Shown here: piece by piece, positions 59,237 through 64,000 of the stretch | How the letters are laid out: the number at the start of each line of letters is the position of its first letter | Numbering within the stretch: the first letter of the stretch is position 1 | Assembly: GCA_964019425.1 (NCBI GenBank) | Contig: OZ025805.1 | Location: 496,001 to 560,000, forward strand | Source of the DNA: Flectonema sp. DT1601 | Taxonomy: Eukaryota | Length of the DNA stretch: 64,000 bases | Reading direction: 5' to 3' | Position numbers and translations under genes: made by a program | Notes under the pieces: generated by a model | Database searches by the model: none | Seen by the model: the letters and a program-made list of their open reading frames with translations, nothing else | What the model was told of the DNA's origin: nothing

Positions 59237-60358
59237 AAGAACTGAGCTTATTTTTGTCTTTGGTGGGGTTTTCTTTTGTTCTGTTCACCCCTTAGTTGTG
59301 AATGTGTTTGTATTTTTAACGGGCAGGCAATAGCGGCTCACTTTGTCACATCACCTTCCCGAGTCGCCCTACCCCTGTTCCCCGTTTGCTCTTTTTTTCA
59401 AAAAAGAGTGTCAAAAACCCGGGTTTTACCCCCGTCCGTAATGGGTTAACTTCTTTTTTAATGTTTTCTTAATTTTCTCGGGATAGAAAGAAGGTGAGGA
59501 ACCAGACATAACTAAATCTTTTCAAAACAGATGACACACAATTTTTGAAGAAAGAGACAGGAAACAGGCCAGAGATTTTTTATTCTCTGGACTGAGCAGA
59601 ATGACTTTATTTCTGCCAAAGGTTATGAACCCTGCAACATATTTCTCATTACCCGAGTAGCCTCCCACTCAACAAGGTACGTACCATCAAATACGTGGAA
59701 GGCCACTCACTGCAGAGATTGTTCTCAACAGTGAACCCGTAGCGACATCAAATCCAAAAAAAAGAATACTGAAGAGAAATATTCTCGCGGATTCGGGAAT
59801 TTTTTTTCAAACTCGCGGGTTTTTCCCACAAGAATATTTCCCTGCCACAGAGGATTTTTTGCGAAAGTTTGTCAGTGGATCAAGAATGTGAGGAATCCTT
59901 GTATTTCCATCAAGTGCAAGCTGGAACAAATAATTATTTACTGAGCAAACACAACTAAAAACAACTATACTGCATAATGAGAATAATTTTTGCTGTCGTA
60001 ACACATGTATTTTCTTCACAAAAAGGAACTAAAATAAAATGTATGTTGGCAGGGTTTAATAAAAAAAAGAAAATCTCTGCCTACTGGGTTCTTGCATATT
60101 GCCAACCTCCGATGCCATTTTACGTTAAGATTGGACTTTCCGTTGAAGTGATAGTTAACATTTGTGTTGGTCAGTTGTGATGTAACATTTTTGTCCTATA
60201 AACTGATGTGTGAATTATAATGAAATTGGAATTATGAAAAGAAATTGCATGCCTGAACAAATTTAGATCATAAAGTTTATGAGAGAGGAAGTGTAAATAC
60301 TGCGAAGGGGAATAATACCTACATGAAATCACAATAAGTGTGATAAAAGTGTGGCTTG

Positions 60359-61372
60359 CTACGTGGTCCCGCCCTCCTCCCCAAAAAGAAGGTCGAATGC
60401 TGAAGCAACAGAATAGTCTGGGTTCCCAGGATGGGTACCGCGACCATTGCGACGCTCCTTGTAGAAAGTTCCTTTTTTATATGAAGGAAAAGCCCCATCA
60501 ATGTCTGCTACGTAATTAGTCTCTCTGTAATGACGACGTTTAATTGGGAAGTGAAGGGGTATTCTGGGATCAGCAGGACAACTCAAATCGATACCATCTG
60601 TTGAAAGAGAAAGCATGGCAAAACGCATGTCTGTTTTTTTCGGAGGCATCGCACAAGGTTTGGACCTTGGGTCAGGAGTTGCATTCTTGTCAGCCCACAG
60701 CGAGATTGCTTCACTTCCCATGTTTTTAATATTCTTAGGAACGTCATAAACATAACGTGGTTCCAACGGGTTGCTAGGTTGATGAATTCTTCCCCTCTGT
60801 TTCTGTCTGCCATTAATACTTTTTGCATCGAGTAAATAAGAAGTCTTAGCAGCTGGGGGTGCAGGCCGTGGCTTAGATCCTTCCACATCAATCTTCTTTG
60901 CGTTACAATTTGTCTTTAGCTGAGGGCGATATGTTGTAATATCACTGCAGTATGGAACGTTTCTTAATTGCTTTGGTGGCGATGCCTGTTCGTGATCATA
61001 AGAAGGAAGTTGGTATGATGGATCCACTGGATTCACTCTTCTCCTCGTTGCATTTCTCCTTGTTGGCATTGCCCCTCTGATATCGCTGCAATTCAAGTGA
61101 AAATCTCTCCGTTTGTTGGGGGATTTGGGTATCAGCACTGTTGGTCTGGCACCGTCGATATCTGCTGTTGTCAAACTGCTGAACTGTCGGTTAGTTTTTT
61201 TCCTTCGTCTCCAAGTTCCTGCTTGCGCACCCTCAATGTCAGAAGTGAGTAAGCACCGCGATGTGTGTCCAGCTGCCTTCCTCTTTACTCTCTGCCCCGC
61301 ACTTTCAATTGTACTTAACATACTCCTCACCATCGTATCAGCAGTGTTCGTTTCCGATGCCAACACCGTCAT
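60359..61372 (-). CDS. Basic protein with DI(E/D/R)GAxP repeats and NPxxPxY motifs
   Basis: 337 aa, with LLTSDIEGA, LTTADIDGARP, LNCSDIRGAMP, VNPVDPSY and SNPLEPRY. Possibly cilium/microtubule-associated (inference). Confidence 0.75.
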   Translation of the reverse strand: MTVLASETNTADTMVRSMLSTIESAGQRVKRKAAGHTSRCLLTSDIEGAQAGTWRRRKKTNRQFSSLTTADIDGARPTVLIPKSPNKRRDFHLNCSDIRGAMPTRRNATRRRVNPVDPSYQLPSYDHEQASPPKQLRNVPYCSDITTYRPQLKTNCNAKKIDVEGSKPRPAPPAAKTSYLLDAKSINGRQKQRGRIHQPSNPLEPRYVYDVPKNIKNMGSEAISLWADKNATPDPRSKPCAMPPKKTDMRFAMLSLSTDGIDLSCPADPRIPLHFPIKRRHYRETNYVADIDGAFPSYKKGTFYKERRNGRGTHPGNPDYSVASAFDLLFGEEGGTT

Positions 61373-62151
61373 GTTGTGTACAACTTCAAGAAGAAGAATT
61401 CAAAAACATGATTGCAACGGACAGCACAGAAAGTATAACCTTCCAGGATTCCAGATAATAATTCTCCTCCACTTGTTCGGAGTCCCTGAGATATTAAAAA
61501 AGCAGAATCCCTACAATTATAAAGGAGAGAAATAGAGAGGATAGCCTTGTACATGTCCACGAAGTTCCGTTTTTTTTTTTGTCTGGTGTTGGTAGTGAGT
61601 TAGACAAAAAAATGTTCAATTCCGTCAAATATAAAAAGAAAGGGAAAAAAAAGGCAAAACTTCATTTTGTGACTGCAAGTTACCCCACGTCGGAAAGCAT
61701 GAGAACTACGTACTTTTCCACACGTGTTTGCTATTCACAACAGGAGGCAACAGGCAACAGACTCAAATCGCTGGTCTGTCTGTGCAAAAAAAAGAAGTTC
61801 CCAAACTAATAGGAATATACCTTATGTTTTATCATACCAATTACTTTTACGATATAAAAAAGAAAATAAATAAATAAATAGAGAGAGCACCATGTACAAG
61901 GACATTTAATTGCCAGACACCATGAGTTTCGTAGTGTAAGGTGGAAACAAGAAATCAAATAAAAGCAAAAAACATATTACGTTGAATATGACTGTAAGAA
62001 CAGAAACAAAAAGCAGATGTTTGCCTAACACGGAGTGTTAGTACAGTTCGGTCTTGCACAGCGATATCGTAATACCGATGCGGCGTATTATTTCAATTCA
62101 AAAAATATTTTCAAAGAGGAATGAAAGGATTGGAGACTTTAGTCGCAAAAC

Positions 62152-64000
62152 TCAAATCCTTTCCACAGAAATCTGTGCCTCTTGAAGTTCTTCTTTTGGG
62201 TTTTGTTCGAAGTCACAGAAGCTCAATTCATTGACGTTCTCAGCTGAAGATCTCGTTTTCAGGATAGCAACTCCTACACCTCCAGCACAGAGTGCTCCCA
62301 AGACACTAATGAGTGCATATAACCAAGTCTTACTACTGTTATTATTAACATTCATTGGTTGCTTATCTTCTACAGTCATTCCTTCCCCAACAGGTTCAAT
62401 GAGATATTTGTACCCCTCTTTGTTTTCCAGAAGTGACGGATCCGCATTGCCAATTTTTGACGAGATCTGATCAACAGAAACATCTTCAGACGTAGCCTCA
62501 ACAAAGATTCCTTCAGTTCCAAGAGTTGTGTGTGAATTAGTTGACTGAACTCCAAGAGCCTTCGCGGCTCTTGAACGAGTGCCAGCGATGGAATCTAAAA
62601 TGCTCTTCAGCCCCATCTCTTCTTCCGCGTTCTCGTCATTCCACAGGTCCGGAATAGGGATTCCCCAGTTGTCGATCTCATTTTCCGACGGGAACGAATT
62701 GTTGCCTGCCTTCAACCAACCTATGAAGGAAACTCTCAACGAAGTCGGATTCTCCTGCAGTGCGTTGGAAGTTGCGATTAGCGCCATTCTGACTCCCCTC
62801 AGGAACTGCTTCGGGTTGAGTTCGATCTCCGATTTGCTTCCCTTCATTGCCAGGCGGAAGTTCTTTTTTCCAGCAGCCGTCGCAAGGGTTCTGTCCTTCT
62901 TCGGCTGTTCCGAGGAGTTGCACTGAAGTCCCTTGAGCACACAACACTCACTTCGCTGGGAAGTGCTGGCACTCCTCATTGTGCAGTCAGTGGCACAGCC
63001 AGCGTTTTCTCTTGTGCAACACCAACTCTGCTTCTGGCCATCCCAAGATGATCCTTCAAGACAATTATGTATTTTCGCCTTGCATCCCAATCCAATCTTC
63101 TGACAACATTTTGCTCTCAGTTCTTCGTCAGCAAATTTTTCTACCTGACACTCATTGAGGAGCTTCTTCTTATCTCCATTAACATCTGCATCTACTTTTC
63201 TGTTACAAGCAACATTTTCACGGCGGCAGCATTCCTGACGCCTTATCGCAGACCAGATCGGAGCGTTTTCAGGGAAGCTGCAGTCGAATTCTTCCGCTTC
63301 ACATCCAATTTGAAACTGATTACAGCAGTAGCTCTTCTTCTCTTCAGACCAACCGACAGTTCCATCCACAGCGACATTTACACTGCTTCGCGATCTCAGG
63401 ACTACTGAGTCCGCGACAATGCTGCAGTCATGATCACCGACTGGGCACCCTACTCCTTCGTTCACACAACAATGCTGTCGCTGTTGGAAGTTCCACCTGC
63501 TTGGCTCAGAAAGGCAGTCAAACTTCGATTTTCTGCACCACCTCCAAGTTGGGAACATTTCGCAACAAAATTCTAACTTTTGTTTAGAAATAACAGAATT
63601 GTCCATGCAGTCGAACACCTCACATCCAATCTGTTCCTCTCGGCAGCAGTACTCCCTTTCCGTTGTTGATAAGTTTTCATTGGAATCACACATAACAGAC
63701 GGTCTTGGCAAACACCTTGGCAATCCTCGTAATATTTCACACTTCATGTTGGACCCACACTCGATCGTATCACAATTCCTATCAGCAGATACACAGACCG
63801 GAATACCAAACTTCATCTCACACTTCATCTTGTCAGAACACTTAATCGTCGAACAACTTTTAGACTCATTTCCAGGAATACACTCAGGGAATCCTCTGAT
63901 CATTGTACAGTTGGTTCCTGGTGGGCACCACTTGTTCCAGCAAGTTGAATTGGTCTGGTTGTTCGAAATACACTCAGGGAACCCTCTGATCATTGTACAG
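62152..64000 (-). CDS. Cys-rich repeat type-I membrane protein (5' end beyond the window)
   Basis: CxxxxGxPxC repeats, then about 7 W..xxxCCxxxxxGC repeats, and a C-terminal TM helix WLYALISVLGALCAGGVGVAIL. The frame is open to the window edge. Confidence 0.85.
   Translation of the reverse strand, partial: CTMIRGFPECISNNQTNSTCWNKWCPPGTNCTMIRGFPECIPGNESKSCSTIKCSDKMKCEMKFGIPVCVSADRNCDTIECGSNMKCEILRGLPRCLPRPSVMCDSNENLSTTEREYCCREEQIGCEVFDCMDNSVISKQKLEFCCEMFPTWRWCRKSKFDCLSEPSRWNFQQRQHCCVNEGVGCPVGDHDCSIVADSVVLRSRSSVNVAVDGTVGWSEEKKSYCCNQFQIGCEAEEFDCSFPENAPIWSAIRRQECCRRENVACNRKVDADVNGDKKKLLNECQVEKFADEELRAKCCQKIGLGCKAKIHNCLEGSSWDGQKQSWCCTRENAGCATDCTMRSASTSQRSECCVLKGLQCNSSEQPKKDRTLATAAGKKNFRLAMKGSKSEIELNPKQFLRGVRMALIATSNALQENPTSLRVSFIGWLKAGNNSFPSENEIDNWGIPIPDLWNDENAEEEMGLKSILDSIAGTRSRAAKALGVQSTNSHTTLGTEGIFVEATSEDVSVDQISSKIGNADPSLLENKEGYKYLIEPVGEGMTVEDKQPMNVNNNSSKTWLYALISVLGALCAGGVGVAILKTRSSAENVNELSFCDFEQNPKEELQEAQISVERI

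Overview
AT-rich eukaryotic genomic DNA with long poly-A/poly-T tracts and short GT-AG introns. The gene content (PTAV-mucin surface proteins, ubiquitin-like+LRR genes, a gag-YR-RT retrotransposon) suggests a euglenozoan, probably a diplonemid; this is inference. Recognisable host genes up to about 48 kb are on the + strand: two disrupted Ubl-LRR paralogues, a DUF6787-like protein, a multi-TM protein, a CCCH protein, a SAC3/LENG8-like gene, COX11, a 2263-aa PTAV/EGF/multi-TM protein, CEP131-like, a histidine phosphatase, a SET-like protein and a frameshifted NTPase-REase gene. Genes beyond 58 kb are on the - strand. The convergence zone holds a nested cluster of tyrosine-recombinase (YR) retrotransposons. 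One copy appears intact (50585-55667), with split direct repeats A-B-A-B and VIPER/TATE-like gag-YR-RT/RH order. Its notable features: an antisense tRNA-shaped A/B-box unit with a T5 terminator inside repeat A; a gag end carrying a -1 slippery site plus hairpin (into RT) and an in-frame UGA-C (into YR); a WIDN active site; insertion into the terminus of a related element; and non-autonomous derivatives. Separately, an oligo-T-tailed retroposon has inserted twice, independently, at the same register of LRR-encoding repeats, each time with a 20-bp TSD. All homology calls come from motif recognition by eye; no searches were run.
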